IMG/VR virus record: IMGVR_UViG_3300042307_002096
Location: 14,041-78,040 of that record
Direction: 5' to 3' (one strand)
DNA: 64,000 nt
Source of the DNA: a virus
Each line of letters starts with the position of its first letter. Position 1 is the first letter of the stretch. Shown here piece after piece: positions 6,574 to 15,906 of this stretch. Under the pieces are notes generated by a model that made no database searches, was not told the origin of the DNA, and was given only the letters and a program-made list of their open reading frames with translations. Made by a program: the position numbers and the translations under genes.

Positions 6574-7674
6574 ATGACACTACCTACACTATACGCAAGA
6601 ACAAATACAGGAGCTATCCAACAATGGACTATTGAAGCTCATAATAACTCATACCGAACAACTTTTGGTCAAGTTGACGGTAAGCTTCAAACAACTAATT
6701 GGACAGAGTGCTATGAAACTAATACCGGGCGTTCTAATCAAAGAACACCAGAACAGCAAGCACTGTTTGAAGCTAAGGCTCTTTGGAAAAAGAAAAAGGA
6801 CTCAGGATATTTTGAAAGCGTTGATGAAATCGATAAGCCAACTTTTGTTGAGCCGATGTTAGCTAAAAATTACGAAGATTATAAAGACGCCATCAAATTT
6901 CCTGTTTTTAGTCAACCAAAGTTGGATGGCATTAGGTGTATTGTAACAAAGAATGGAATGTTCACGAGAAACGGAAAGTGTATAGAATCTTGTCCTCACA
7001 TCTTCAACGATCTGCAGAAATTTTTTGTTAATCAACCAACACTAGTGTTTGACGGAGAGCTCTACAATCACGATCTTAAGCATGACTTTAATAAAATTGC
7101 ATCTTTGGTAAAAAAGACCAAACCAACAATTGAAGATATTAAAGAATCTTTACAATTAGTTCAATATTGGATATATGATATAGTCGATACAAATAAATCG
7201 TTTAAGGAGCGAATTAAATGGATTATTGACAACATTCAAGGCAGTCATGATTTATCTTTAATTGCTGTTCCAACTGCTTTTCCTTCCGACCAACAACAAT
7301 TGGATAACTTTTACGAAGATTACACTAAACACGGTTTTGAAGGACAGATGATTCGTTTGGATACGAGATATGAAAACAAACGTTCAAAGAATCTTCTTAA
7401 GCGCAAAGAGTTTCAAGATAGAGAATACGTAATTCTTGATATTATTGAAGGGGAAGGAAACAAAGCCGGCATGGCCGGAGCCATGGTATTTCAAAACGAG
7501 CTCGGAATTAATTTTAATAGCAATATTAAGGGGTCTCGAGACTTTTTAAAAGAAATTTGGAAAAACAAAAACCAGTTGATCGGACAACAAGCTACTGTTA
7601 AATTCTTTAACTTAACTCCAGATAATAAAGTTCCAAGATTTCCTTATGTCATGTCTATCAGAAATTATGAATAA
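6574..7674 (+). CDS. ATP-dependent DNA ligase
   Basis: PMLA, QPKLDGIR, FDGELY, EGQMIR, LLKRK motifs; C-terminal OB fold ending PRFP. Confidence 0.92.
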   Translation: MTLPTLYARTNTGAIQQWTIEAHNNSYRTTFGQVDGKLQTTNWTECYETNTGRSNQRTPEQQALFEAKALWKKKKDSGYFESVDEIDKPTFVEPMLAKNYEDYKDAIKFPVFSQPKLDGIRCIVTKNGMFTRNGKCIESCPHIFNDLQKFFVNQPTLVFDGELYNHDLKHDFNKIASLVKKTKPTIEDIKESLQLVQYWIYDIVDTNKSFKERIKWIIDNIQGSHDLSLIAVPTAFPSDQQQLDNFYEDYTKHGFEGQMIRLDTRYENKRSKNLLKRKEFQDREYVILDIIEGEGNKAGMAGAMVFQNELGINFNSNIKGSRDFLKEIWKNKNQLIGQQATVKFFNLTPDNKVPRFPYVMSIRNYE

Positions 7675-7861
7675 ACCTATGTATAAAGTCGAACGAACAA
7701 CTGGGAAAGGTTGGTATGAAGTAATGCTATCTCCGTTTAAAACGCCAGAAGACACAGCAAGTTATATTAGCAAATATAAATGCTACTATCCAAAAGAAGA
7801 TCGGAAATATAAAATTACCAATCTTTTAACTGGCATTACAACGTTTTTTGACGCAAATTAA
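7667..7861 (+). CDS. hypothetical protein
   Basis: ORF overlapping the ligase stop. Confidence 0.55.
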   Translation: MNKPMYKVERTTGKGWYEVMLSPFKTPEDTASYISKYKCYYPKEDRKYKITNLLTGITTFFDAN

Positions 7862-8241
7862 ACGTAACCAAGATTGCGTAATCTTAAGAAGCGTTGTTTT
7901 CCTGTTTCAGGATAGATTGCAAAATTGCTGAACGGAATAGTTTCGGCAGTAACGGTTAAAGTGGCAGCGTTTGATGTTACGGTTGCTTGTGAAAAAGTAC
8001 CTGCAGCAGTTGCTGACAAAGCTGACACAGCCACAGTAAATGATTTGCCGTTATCTCCAATAACCGGATCAATAAAATAACTAGAGCTTGTGGCTCCTGC
8101 AATATTGACAGTATTGAGCTTCCATTGATAAGCATATGTAGCTGAAGCAAAGTCTGCTGAAGGAGTTACAGAAAAAGTGGAGTTTTGTCCAGGAATTGCT
8201 GATAGTGATACCGGTTGTGTGGAAATAATAACTGTTGCCAT
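7858..8241 (-). CDS. Ig-like domain protein (possible virion decoration)
   Basis: IISTQPVS...FSVT...YAYQWKLN...IAGATSSSY...TSNAATLTV is a typical Ig pattern; TAAATA box 5 nt upstream. Confidence 0.75.
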   Translation of the reverse strand: MATVIISTQPVSLSAIPGQNSTFSVTPSADFASATYAYQWKLNTVNIAGATSSSYFIDPVIGDNGKSFTVAVSALSATAAGTFSQATVTSNAATLTVTAETIPFSNFAIYPETGKQRFLRLRNLGYV

Positions 8242-8315
8242 ATTTTTATTTATCAAAAACGGACAATTTTTTTGTAGTTGAGCTGTCCAACTAGTTGGTA
8301 TATGATTATTACACA

Positions 8316-8864
8316 ATGAAGACAAAACAACGATTGGTCAAAGGAAACAAAGCAGCAATGATTAAAATTCAATCAAAACCTCTTACTGAGGAGCAAATTC
8401 AAGAATTTGTGAATTACTATAATAAAAACAAATCGTTTCCTGGCTCTAAAATTCCTTGTACTGTAACCGGAAAATTGACTACGTGCGTTGGACCGTGGAT
8501 GGTGAAAAAAATTAAAGAATTTGGTAGTCCTGAGAAGCTGCTCCGCAATTATAAATGCCGTGGAGCGCTAAAGACAGAAAGGCAAATAATTAAACCAGTG
8601 TGTACTAAAACTAAACGCAAAACTAAAATTCGTGAACTTAAAGACGAACAAAAAAATTGGAATATTCCAAAAGTTAAATTTGCTCCACCACGACCGTTGA
8701 CAGCACTAGAGCTTACCGAGACTTCAAAAACTTCATGTCTCCGTCCTGACATATTTCTCACAAACGGCCGACACTGCGAAGGTTGCAAATATTACGATAT
8801 TTGCGTCAATCGACTCAAATGTCTTCCAAAGTGGATTAATGAGGACAAAAAAAAGAAAAAATAA
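8316..8864 (+). CDS. basic Cys-containing hypothetical protein
   Basis: ORF with CxxC...C cluster. Confidence 0.6.
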   Translation: MKTKQRLVKGNKAAMIKIQSKPLTEEQIQEFVNYYNKNKSFPGSKIPCTVTGKLTTCVGPWMVKKIKEFGSPEKLLRNYKCRGALKTERQIIKPVCTKTKRKTKIRELKDEQKNWNIPKVKFAPPRPLTALELTETSKTSCLRPDIFLTNGRHCEGCKYYDICVNRLKCLPKWINEDKKKKK

Positions 8865-8866
8865 CG

Positions 8867-9097
8867 TTGCAAAATAATTTAGCAGATTTAGAATATACAC
8901 AAATGAATAATACATACGAACAACCAATGCTGTTTCCTGATATGAGTCCTATTAATGGATATCAAAAATATCAAATTAAAAACTATGATGATCCAACATT
9001 TGGCATTACACTAAACATTAATGAGGATCAAGATCCCGAAACGTTGGCTCTAGAGAGTCTTGGATATTTTGTGGTATCTGAAAATTTTATTGACTGA
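8867..9097 (+). CDS. hypothetical protein
   Basis: ORF track; start uncertain. Confidence 0.5.
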   Translation: MQNNLADLEYTQMNNTYEQPMLFPDMSPINGYQKYQIKNYDDPTFGITLNINEDQDPETLALESLGYFVVSENFID

Positions 9098-9102
9098 ACG
9101 AC

Positions 9103-9315
9103 ATGTTAAATTCTATTGCTTCGTTTTTGCTCGATCATCCTCCTCTTGATGAAATAGGAGGACCTGTAACAGAAGTTATAGAAAATTATCGATATGGTTT
9201 GATATCAAAAGAAGAAGCTTGTTACATGCTCAATACTAAATTTAAATTTTTTTTAGAAAAATGTTATAAACAACAGGAAGAAATTCAGCAGTTGAGTTTT
9301 GAATATGATTCATAA
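9103..9315 (+). CDS. hypothetical protein
   Basis: ORF track. Confidence 0.5.
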   Translation: MLNSIASFLLDHPPLDEIGGPVTEVIENYRYGLISKEEACYMLNTKFKFFLEKCYKQQEEIQQLSFEYDS

Positions 9316-9386
9316 ATAGTGCACACTCTCGACGAAAGCCAAATAGCTTAGCATTAAAAAATAAACCAATTTGCCTAAGTATGATT

Positions 9387-9992
9387 ATGCACGACATAAT
9401 CAAGGTTTTTTTGGTTTTAAGTTTGGTTTTATTTACAACTTCTTGTACTGTATATACAGAAAAACAATCAGAAGCATTGTCGAGCTCAATATATGCAGCT
9501 AAGGACTCCATGGATGTGGCTAGAATTGATTTAGCTGACAAATATGTTGCTGAATCAACAAGACTTGTTAAACCACCCAAAAAAAGAATTGACATTCAAT
9601 CCGTATATAAAAAAAGCGTAGATATTTCGTCTAATGGCAAATTAAATCAAGCGAGTGTTGTTAAGCAAAGAGTAGTAGTTATTCCCGAAAAATATAGAAC
9701 TGATGCAGTAATTGTTGTTAGTTCTGCTGAATATCAAAAGTTATTAGAAGACAAAGAAACGTACGAACAAATTAAAAAAGACAATTTGAGTTTAGTTGAG
9801 GTTAAAGCAGCAGTCGACAGCGAACTAATTCGACAAACGGACAATAGAGATAAGATGGTTAATGATCTCAATATAATGCAAAAAAAATTAATTGAGAAAG
9901 ATTTGGCTATACTTCGTCGCAATATTTTTATTGTTGCGTTGATTGGAACAATTGGTGCAGGTGCTTATTTAAGATTGAAAGGAATATTATAA
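9387..9992 (+). CDS. putative unimolecular spanin (lipoprotein with C-terminal TM)
   Basis: Signal peptide with lipobox-like FTTS-C, coiled coil, C-terminal TM IFIVALIGTIGAGAYL; first gene of the lysis cluster; TAAGTA box 5 nt upstream. Confidence 0.6.
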   Translation: MHDIIKVFLVLSLVLFTTSCTVYTEKQSEALSSSIYAAKDSMDVARIDLADKYVAESTRLVKPPKKRIDIQSVYKKSVDISSNGKLNQASVVKQRVVVIPEKYRTDAVIVVSSAEYQKLLEDKETYEQIKKDNLSLVEVKAAVDSELIRQTDNRDKMVNDLNIMQKKLIEKDLAILRRNIFIVALIGTIGAGAYLRLKGIL

Positions 9993-10423
9993 TGTTTCCA
10001 TTTATAAAAAACATAACATTGTCAGCTATTGCTTTTTTAAGCAGTAACAAAGTTCCTCCAAACACACCGCCAGAGGATTGTGATAGGTTAAAATCAATAA
10101 ATCACATGGAATCTAAAAAATTCTTTATTGTGTTAACATCTGTTTTTATTCTTGCTTTTTTTTATTTTGTTAGCGTTGGTGTGCTATTCATGTTACCTCA
10201 TAATGCACCTGAATTTGTTAGTGGTTTTGTAACGCTGTTTTCAAAAACAATTGAAATTTTAGCTGTTGTTATAGCTTCGTATGTTGGAGCACAAGCTGTT
10301 GTTGATTTAAAATACGCTAGCAATTCTAGTGCTTCTTTAGCAGGGGATACGCACACAGAAAACACACAAAATGTTACTGTGATACAAACAAACATGAAAG
10401 AGGATGATTATGAACTCGTCTAA
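9992..10423 (+). CDS. putative holin
   Basis: Two TM segments, acidic C-terminus, immediately upstream of the endolysin. Confidence 0.55.
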   Translation: MFPFIKNITLSAIAFLSSNKVPPNTPPEDCDRLKSINHMESKKFFIVLTSVFILAFFYFVSVGVLFMLPHNAPEFVSGFVTLFSKTIEILAVVIASYVGAQAVVDLKYASNSSASLAGDTHTENTQNVTVIQTNMKEDDYELV

Positions 10424-11027
10424 GCCTTCTGAAAAAACATTAGAATTACTACTCCGGTATGAAGTTGGTGGAGGTAAGCCATATTATGAAAAATATCTTT
10501 CAAAATTTACTTGGCCTGGCGGAGCATCAGGACCAACAATTGCTATTGGAGTAGATTGTGCTTATTATTCAGAAAGTGAATTATTTAAAATATTTTCATT
10601 TCTTCCAAAAAATCAATTAATTCAAGTTCAAGGAGCTTCGGGAAAATCTGGAGAAAAGGGAAGGTTGTATACGGTTAAATTAAGAGCTGCAGGAATTACT
10701 GTAACTTGGGATAAAGCTCTTGAAATTTTTGAGCAACTTACGTGGCCAAAATTCACAAAATTAGCAGAAAAAACGTTTCCTGGATTGGAAAATTTGCACC
10801 CAGATGCTTACGGAGCCATTATATCTTTGGTGTTTAATAGAGGCACAAGTCTTGTTGGAGAAAAGCGAAAGGAAATGGCTAACATTAAAAATTTGATTTC
10901 TACAAAAAAATACAAACAAATTGCACAAGAGGTTCGTAACATGAAACGTATTTGGGTTGGAAAGGGTTTGGACGGTTTGATAGAAAGAAGAGAATCTGAG
11001 GCAAGATTAATTGAATCAGTCATATGA
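10410..11027 (+). CDS. endolysin (lysozyme-fold muramidase)
   Basis: YEVGGG...WPGGASGPTIAIGVD, AIISLVFNRG, GLIERRESEARL. Confidence 0.85.
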   Translation: MNSSKPSEKTLELLLRYEVGGGKPYYEKYLSKFTWPGGASGPTIAIGVDCAYYSESELFKIFSFLPKNQLIQVQGASGKSGEKGRLYTVKLRAAGITVTWDKALEIFEQLTWPKFTKLAEKTFPGLENLHPDAYGAIISLVFNRGTSLVGEKRKEMANIKNLISTKKYKQIAQEVRNMKRIWVGKGLDGLIERRESEARLIESVI

Positions 11028-11941
11028 ATAAAACGCCTAAAAAAAAGTTGACTTCGTGCGAAAATGAAGAAATTTTAAAAAGCATCGAAACTAGACAAAA
11101 TTCTTTGAATAGCTTGTCTAAATATTTGTCAGAATTAGAAAGTCAGCTTGCTTTGGTGTTTGCTTCGTCACCTGATATAATCGTGTTCTTAGATCAAGAT
11201 TCTACGATATTAAAAATAAGTGATGCAGCTTTTACTATATTGGGTTATACACGATCAGATTTAGTTGGTAGGCCAATATGGGATTTTATTGATTCAGAAG
11301 ATGCTATAGAAACTCGTAAAAAATTTTTAGAATTAAGAGAAAAAAAAGTAATGTACTTTGATGGGCAAAAAGCACTCGTCAATCATTGGATATCTAAAAG
11401 CGGAAACAAAGTAAAGTTAGTATGGAGATTTTCTTTGTGTGACGAGAGAGAAAATCAAACAATTGGTATTGCATCTGACATTACTCAGTTTAGTCCAAAT
11501 AATGCTTATAGCTATAAATTGCTAGAAAAAGCAGTAGAGTCTTCAACAGACGGAATTGTGATTACAGATGCACAACACCCGGACAATGTAATGGTGTATG
11601 TTAATAGCGCTTTTGAGAAAATTACGGGATATACGAGTAACGAATTAATAGGCAACAACTGCAGAATGCTGCAGACGGACGACACAAAAAGTTCCAGAGC
11701 ACTTAAAACTCTGAGATCTTGTATTAAATCCGGAAAAAATTGCGACGTATTGCTGCAAAATAAAAGAAAAAACGGAGAAGTATTTTATTCTAGATTAGCA
11801 ATATCGGCTGTTATTGAACACGGAGTAGTTGTTAACTTTATTGGAGTAGTCAGGGATATAACAGATAAAATTGACGTAAAATATGAGTGGTCTCCAAACG
11901 CAGAAAGCGGATTTATACATTTAAGCAATCGCCATGAATAA
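11024..11941 (+). CDS. PAS + LOV-type PAS sensor protein without effector domain
   Basis: PAS1 (SPDII...ILGYTRSDLVG...SDIT); PAS2 DGIVITDAQHPDNVMVYVNSAFEKITGY...GNNCRMLQ...NKRKNGE...RDIT matches the LOV GxNCRFLQ signature. Confidence 0.88.
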   Translation: MNKTPKKKLTSCENEEILKSIETRQNSLNSLSKYLSELESQLALVFASSPDIIVFLDQDSTILKISDAAFTILGYTRSDLVGRPIWDFIDSEDAIETRKKFLELREKKVMYFDGQKALVNHWISKSGNKVKLVWRFSLCDERENQTIGIASDITQFSPNNAYSYKLLEKAVESSTDGIVITDAQHPDNVMVYVNSAFEKITGYTSNELIGNNCRMLQTDDTKSSRALKTLRSCIKSGKNCDVLLQNKRKNGEVFYSRLAISAVIEHGVVVNFIGVVRDITDKIDVKYEWSPNAESGFIHLSNRHE

Positions 11942-12338
11942 CAAATTTGAACAAAGCAACATAAATCATTATGAAGGGAACGGCTGGTCTAAATATCAGC
12001 TGATGGTGTTGCAACAATTAGAAGACCATCACAGATTGTTGCAAAATCTAAACAAAGATATTAATGAGTTAAGACAAGCAAACGCAGTGTCAGATACAGA
12101 GCTAAAAATGTGGAGATCTCAAACAATGATTACCGTTCAAAAGTTGGAAGAGGAAGTTGATGAAATACTGTATGATGAAAAAGGACTAAACTCTAAAGTA
12201 TCAACAATTGAGAGAGAGCTGAATATAGAAGAACAAGCAAGTACTAAATGGAAGGCCACATTGGCTCTTTATGGTTCTATAGCAGTATTTTTACTAAATA
12301 CCATTGTGCAAATAGTTACAGCATATATTAAAAAGTAA
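11934..12338 (+). CDS. coiled-coil protein with C-terminal TM helix
   Basis: Heptad-rich body; TM LALYGSIAVFLLNTIVQIVTAYI; overlaps the PAS-LOV stop. Confidence 0.7.
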   Translation: MNNKFEQSNINHYEGNGWSKYQLMVLQQLEDHHRLLQNLNKDINELRQANAVSDTELKMWRSQTMITVQKLEEEVDEILYDEKGLNSKVSTIERELNIEEQASTKWKATLALYGSIAVFLLNTIVQIVTAYIKK

Positions 12339-12339
12339 T

Positions 12340-12528
12340 ATGTTTTTTATTGGCAATCAAGGGCCTGTAATTGAAAGGGATCCAACCATTCAACAGCTTA
12401 AACAAAATGTTGCTGATAGATTGTGGGATATTGTTAAAGAAGAACCAGTAAGTACACAAGAAAATAAAATAAAATTTGTGTCTTTCGAAGATGCTTTAAA
12501 CGAATTAATTGCTGTAAATAGTCTTTGA
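12340..12528 (+). CDS. hypothetical protein
   Basis: 62-aa ORF 1 nt after the previous stop. Confidence 0.5.
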   Translation: MFFIGNQGPVIERDPTIQQLKQNVADRLWDIVKEEPVSTQENKIKFVSFEDALNELIAVNSL

Positions 12529-12599
12529 TTGTTTAATTTTTTTTTTTGTTGCCTTGTTTGTTTAATTGCCGTATAGTGGTCCTTGTAACAATCAAACAT

Positions 12600-13448
12600 A
12601 TGACTACACTAACACTTGAACAAGCCACGACAATAGTCCCAGCAATTGGAGCAAATTCCCCATCCGACCGCGTATCCAATCGCTATCAATTTGTGTCGAC
12701 CCGAGACATTCTTGAACGTGTACAGCAAGACGGGTGGACAATTACGAACGCAACCGCTCAAAACCGTTCTCCTTATGCTCAACACCGAATCACTTTGGTA
12801 CACCAAAATGATCTCAGTACAGCAAATGATTCTAATTCAGAGGGTATTCCTCGTATTGAAATGTTTAACTCTCATGACCGAAGCAAACGGTTGATGTTTG
12901 CAATTGGTTTTTTTCGTTTTGTTTGTTCAAACGGTCTTATTGTAGCTTCCGGTCCTGCTGAAACAATTCGAATTAAGCATCGTTTTTCAGGAGACCGTTT
13001 GTCTGAAATTATGGAGCAAGTTTCTCAAATTTCTAGTCGTTTTCCTACAATTCAAAATACAATTAATAATTTTAAGTCCCGCGAGATGGCTGAAGATGAG
13101 CAAGTTTTGTTTGCTCAATACGCAATTAAGGGTCGTTTTAATTATCGACCAGCAATGCCTAAACGTTTTCAAGATACAGAACGTACCGTAGAACGGCTTT
13201 TGCAATCACGTCGAGATGCTGATTCTGGTAATTCCGTTTGGCAGGTATACAACCGCGTTCAAGAAAACCTTATTAGTGGCATGGAGGGTTTCTCCCGTCC
13301 TATCCGAGGATATTTTGACAACGTTCGAGTAAACCAACTTTTGTGGAAAGGTGCTGAAACCACGCTTCGGTTTGACAAACAACAACTCCGCTCTGCATTA
13401 ATGGATCTTATTACTAAAGACGGCAAAAAAAATAAAATATCTGCTTGA
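12600..13448 (+). CDS. DUF932/DUF945 family protein
   Basis: SNRYQFVST, NSHD...AIGFFRFVCSNGLI, WQVYNRVQENL, NQLLW motifs. Confidence 0.8.
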   Translation: MTTLTLEQATTIVPAIGANSPSDRVSNRYQFVSTRDILERVQQDGWTITNATAQNRSPYAQHRITLVHQNDLSTANDSNSEGIPRIEMFNSHDRSKRLMFAIGFFRFVCSNGLIVASGPAETIRIKHRFSGDRLSEIMEQVSQISSRFPTIQNTINNFKSREMAEDEQVLFAQYAIKGRFNYRPAMPKRFQDTERTVERLLQSRRDADSGNSVWQVYNRVQENLISGMEGFSRPIRGYFDNVRVNQLLWKGAETTLRFDKQQLRSALMDLITKDGKKNKISA

Positions 13449-13482
13449 TAAAAATAAAAGAATAATTCTTAAGCTTCTGAAT

Positions 13483-13698
13483 ATGACTAGAGGAAAGATT
13501 CAATATTATTTTAAAGGAATAAAAATGAAAGAAGAGCCAGGAATTGTAGTTAACTCTACTTGTTGTGAAGTAACTGTTTCTAGGGATATTGATGGACAAA
13601 TAATAAATTTTGTTCATCAAGAAGGTAAGTGGTTGTTGTCAGGCAATACAACTTCTAATAGTCTTCTATTTGGCACTCAGTTTATTTTTAATCATTAA
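13483..13698 (+). CDS. hypothetical protein
   Basis: ORF track. Confidence 0.5.
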   Translation: MTRGKIQYYFKGIKMKEEPGIVVNSTCCEVTVSRDIDGQIINFVHQEGKWLLSGNTTSNSLLFGTQFIFNH

Positions 13699-14127
13699 AT
13701 GAAATTTTTTAACCAGAAGCTTACCAAAAAACAGCTTAGAGTGACAATTTGCAAGTTTGCTAAACAAATAGGTGTAAAAAAAGTAATTTTTAATAATAAC
13801 GGAAAAAATGTTAACGGTACATACAATTCGAAAACGCAAGTATTGTACCTCAACAACAAACAGATTAAATCCAGAATGTTGTGTACGTTTTTTCATGAAC
13901 TTGGACATCATACAGCAGTTGAGCAAAATAAATGGAAAAAATATCACCATTGCTTAGTTCCGTTTATGACAGTGGATGCAATTTTTAATATTGAAAATAA
14001 AATAGATCAAATTGGTAAAAAACTTTGGCACAAACACGTTGACATCAAACAGTGGGGGATGTATAAATACGGGTATCCAAAATCACAAAAAAATAATATT
14101 ATAAAAAATTTTATCAGCAAACAATAA
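13699..14127 (+). CDS. HExxH metallopeptidase-like protein
   Basis: TFFHELGH motif with downstream Glu. Confidence 0.6.
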   Translation: MKFFNQKLTKKQLRVTICKFAKQIGVKKVIFNNNGKNVNGTYNSKTQVLYLNNKQIKSRMLCTFFHELGHHTAVEQNKWKKYHHCLVPFMTVDAIFNIENKIDQIGKKLWHKHVDIKQWGMYKYGYPKSQKNNIIKNFISKQ

Positions 14128-14342
14128 TGAGTAACCTAACAGCATACGTATACAAAGATGGAGACAAATTTTATTTTGACTCCGAAAACTACAACGATAA
14201 TGGACTAAGTCTGTCAATTGATTACGAAGACGGAGACATGATTAAGTGGACTTGGGAAGGCAAAAAAATGACGGGAATTTTGAGAGAAGAAGGTCGAAAT
14301 CTAGGTCTCTTTGCCATTGAAAATACGATGGTTCACGGATGA
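14127..14342 (+). CDS. hypothetical protein
   Basis: Coupled ORF (TAATG). Confidence 0.55.
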   Translation: MSNLTAYVYKDGDKFYFDSENYNDNGLSLSIDYEDGDMIKWTWEGKKMTGILREEGRNLGLFAIENTMVHG

Positions 14343-15133
14343 GAGTATTTACAGAACTATCAATTTTTAACAGAATCACATTTGTTGAAAAAACACATTC
14401 TTACTTGATAGACGGACAACCAGCAAATAAATTGTCTGTCACGAGGTTGTTAAAAAAATTTAAAAAAGAATTTGATAAACAGGGTTCTGCAGAGCGAGTT
14501 GCTAAAAGGACAAGAACAACAGTGCAAGCCGTATTGGCTGATTGGGAGCTTGGTAATCTTTATTCAACTACGTTGGGATCAATGCTGCACAAATATATTG
14601 AAAATTATTATTGCAACAAGCGTGTAGAATTCGAGGGAAATTTTAATGGGCTGGGGTTTGATGAAAAAAAGAAAATTGGTGAAACTCTACCAACACTAAT
14701 TGGTTATTTTCAAAATTTTTATAACGACAACAAACATTTAATTTGCGTTAAAACCGAAATTGTGCTCGGTGACATCAATGACACTAAGGTTTGTGGTATG
14801 TCAGATCTTCTTTGTTATAACACAGAAACAGATCAATTAGAGATATTAGACTTTAAGACGAACAAACGAATGGAAAAAAAGAGTCCATATGGAGATTTAT
14901 TTTATCCATTTGATGATATGTCCGAAGGCGAAATTAATGAATATACAATACAGTTAAACACATACAAATATTTTGTAGAAAAATACACAAATTTAAAAAT
15001 CGATAAACTAAAAATTGTTTGGTTTAATGTCGTGAACGACAATTATAAAATTTTCGAGCTAGAGGATATTCAGCCAAAAATTAAATTAATGTTTGATAAA
15101 TTCAAAGCAGCTTCTTTATTTGAAGAACAATAA
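14339..15133 (+). CDS. PD-(D/E)xK (RecB/Cas4-like) exonuclease
   Basis: LSVT, GSMLHKYIE, GMSDLL...ILDFKT, YTIQLNTY. Confidence 0.8.
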   Translation: MRVFTELSIFNRITFVEKTHSYLIDGQPANKLSVTRLLKKFKKEFDKQGSAERVAKRTRTTVQAVLADWELGNLYSTTLGSMLHKYIENYYCNKRVEFEGNFNGLGFDEKKKIGETLPTLIGYFQNFYNDNKHLICVKTEIVLGDINDTKVCGMSDLLCYNTETDQLEILDFKTNKRMEKKSPYGDLFYPFDDMSEGEINEYTIQLNTYKYFVEKYTNLKIDKLKIVWFNVVNDNYKIFELEDIQPKIKLMFDKFKAASLFEEQ

Positions 15134-15464
15134 ACAACGATAATATATACACTGGTGCTGCTATAATAATATTAGAACACACTAGAGCAGACATAACAGA
15201 TAACCAAAATATTAAACAAAGTGGGCAACTAACCATCTTTAATATAAACTTGAAATATCTATTATTTGAGCCCAATGAAAGATCGTATAAAAAATCAGGA
15301 AAATATTTAGTCGGGTCATTTTTAATAAAAGAAGTGTATTTTAGTCTAACATTTTCAGCAATTTTTAATAGCTGACTGTAGTGAATAAACCAATCCGTAT
15401 AAAACCAAATAATTGATATTGCAGAAATCCAAAATGTGCAGTAAAAAATTTCTACAATTAGCAT
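15102..15464 (-). CDS. membrane protein with CPLC motif
   Basis: Hydrophobic segments flanking SCPLCLIFW. Confidence 0.55.
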   Translation of the reverse strand: MLIVEIFYCTFWISAISIIWFYTDWFIHYSQLLKIAENVRLKYTSFIKNDPTKYFPDFLYDLSLGSNNRYFKFILKMVSCPLCLIFWLSVMSALVCSNIIIAAPVYILSLFIVLQIKKLL

Positions 15465-15483
15465 AAATAAATATAACTTAATT

Positions 15484-15876
15484 ATGAAATTTGATGATCT
15501 ATACAACAGAGTGGTTTTTGTCGAGCAAGAAAATACAGAGGTTGCTCATCCGGATGATTTTAATGACGTCGAGCCAATGCCTCTTGCTGAGCCATCTTTA
15601 GAGTCAGACGAACCTGCTCTAGCAGCCGACACTCAAGCAACTTCAGGACTTACTGATTATATCAAATTAACGTTAGATTTTGTTAAAAAGTTACAAGACT
15701 CGGATGGAGGAGAGTCTTTACAAACATTAGTAAAGCGTTTGGATTTTCCTGGTTCTGGGTTTGATGGTATTAGTTCAGGAATGAGTTCAAAAATTTTAGC
15801 CGCAGTCAAAGCTGTCCAAGACGTTACAGCTGAACTAGTTTCTCGCAACATTCACGCTGCTAAAAACAACTCTTGA
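15484..15876 (+). CDS. hypothetical, possible internal head protein
   Basis: N-terminus MKFDDLYNRVVFVE; TAAATA upstream. Confidence 0.55.
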   Translation: MKFDDLYNRVVFVEQENTEVAHPDDFNDVEPMPLAEPSLESDEPALAADTQATSGLTDYIKLTLDFVKKLQDSDGGESLQTLVKRLDFPGSGFDGISSGMSSKILAAVKAVQDVTAELVSRNIHAAKNNS

Positions 15877-15906
15877 TTAATTTAGGTATTCACGTATCTT
15901 AAAAAC

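Noticed and set aside
14339-15133. Cas4 or CRISPR system
   Set aside because: Solo PD-(D/E)xK nuclease; no repeat-spacer array or other cas genes were seen in the window.
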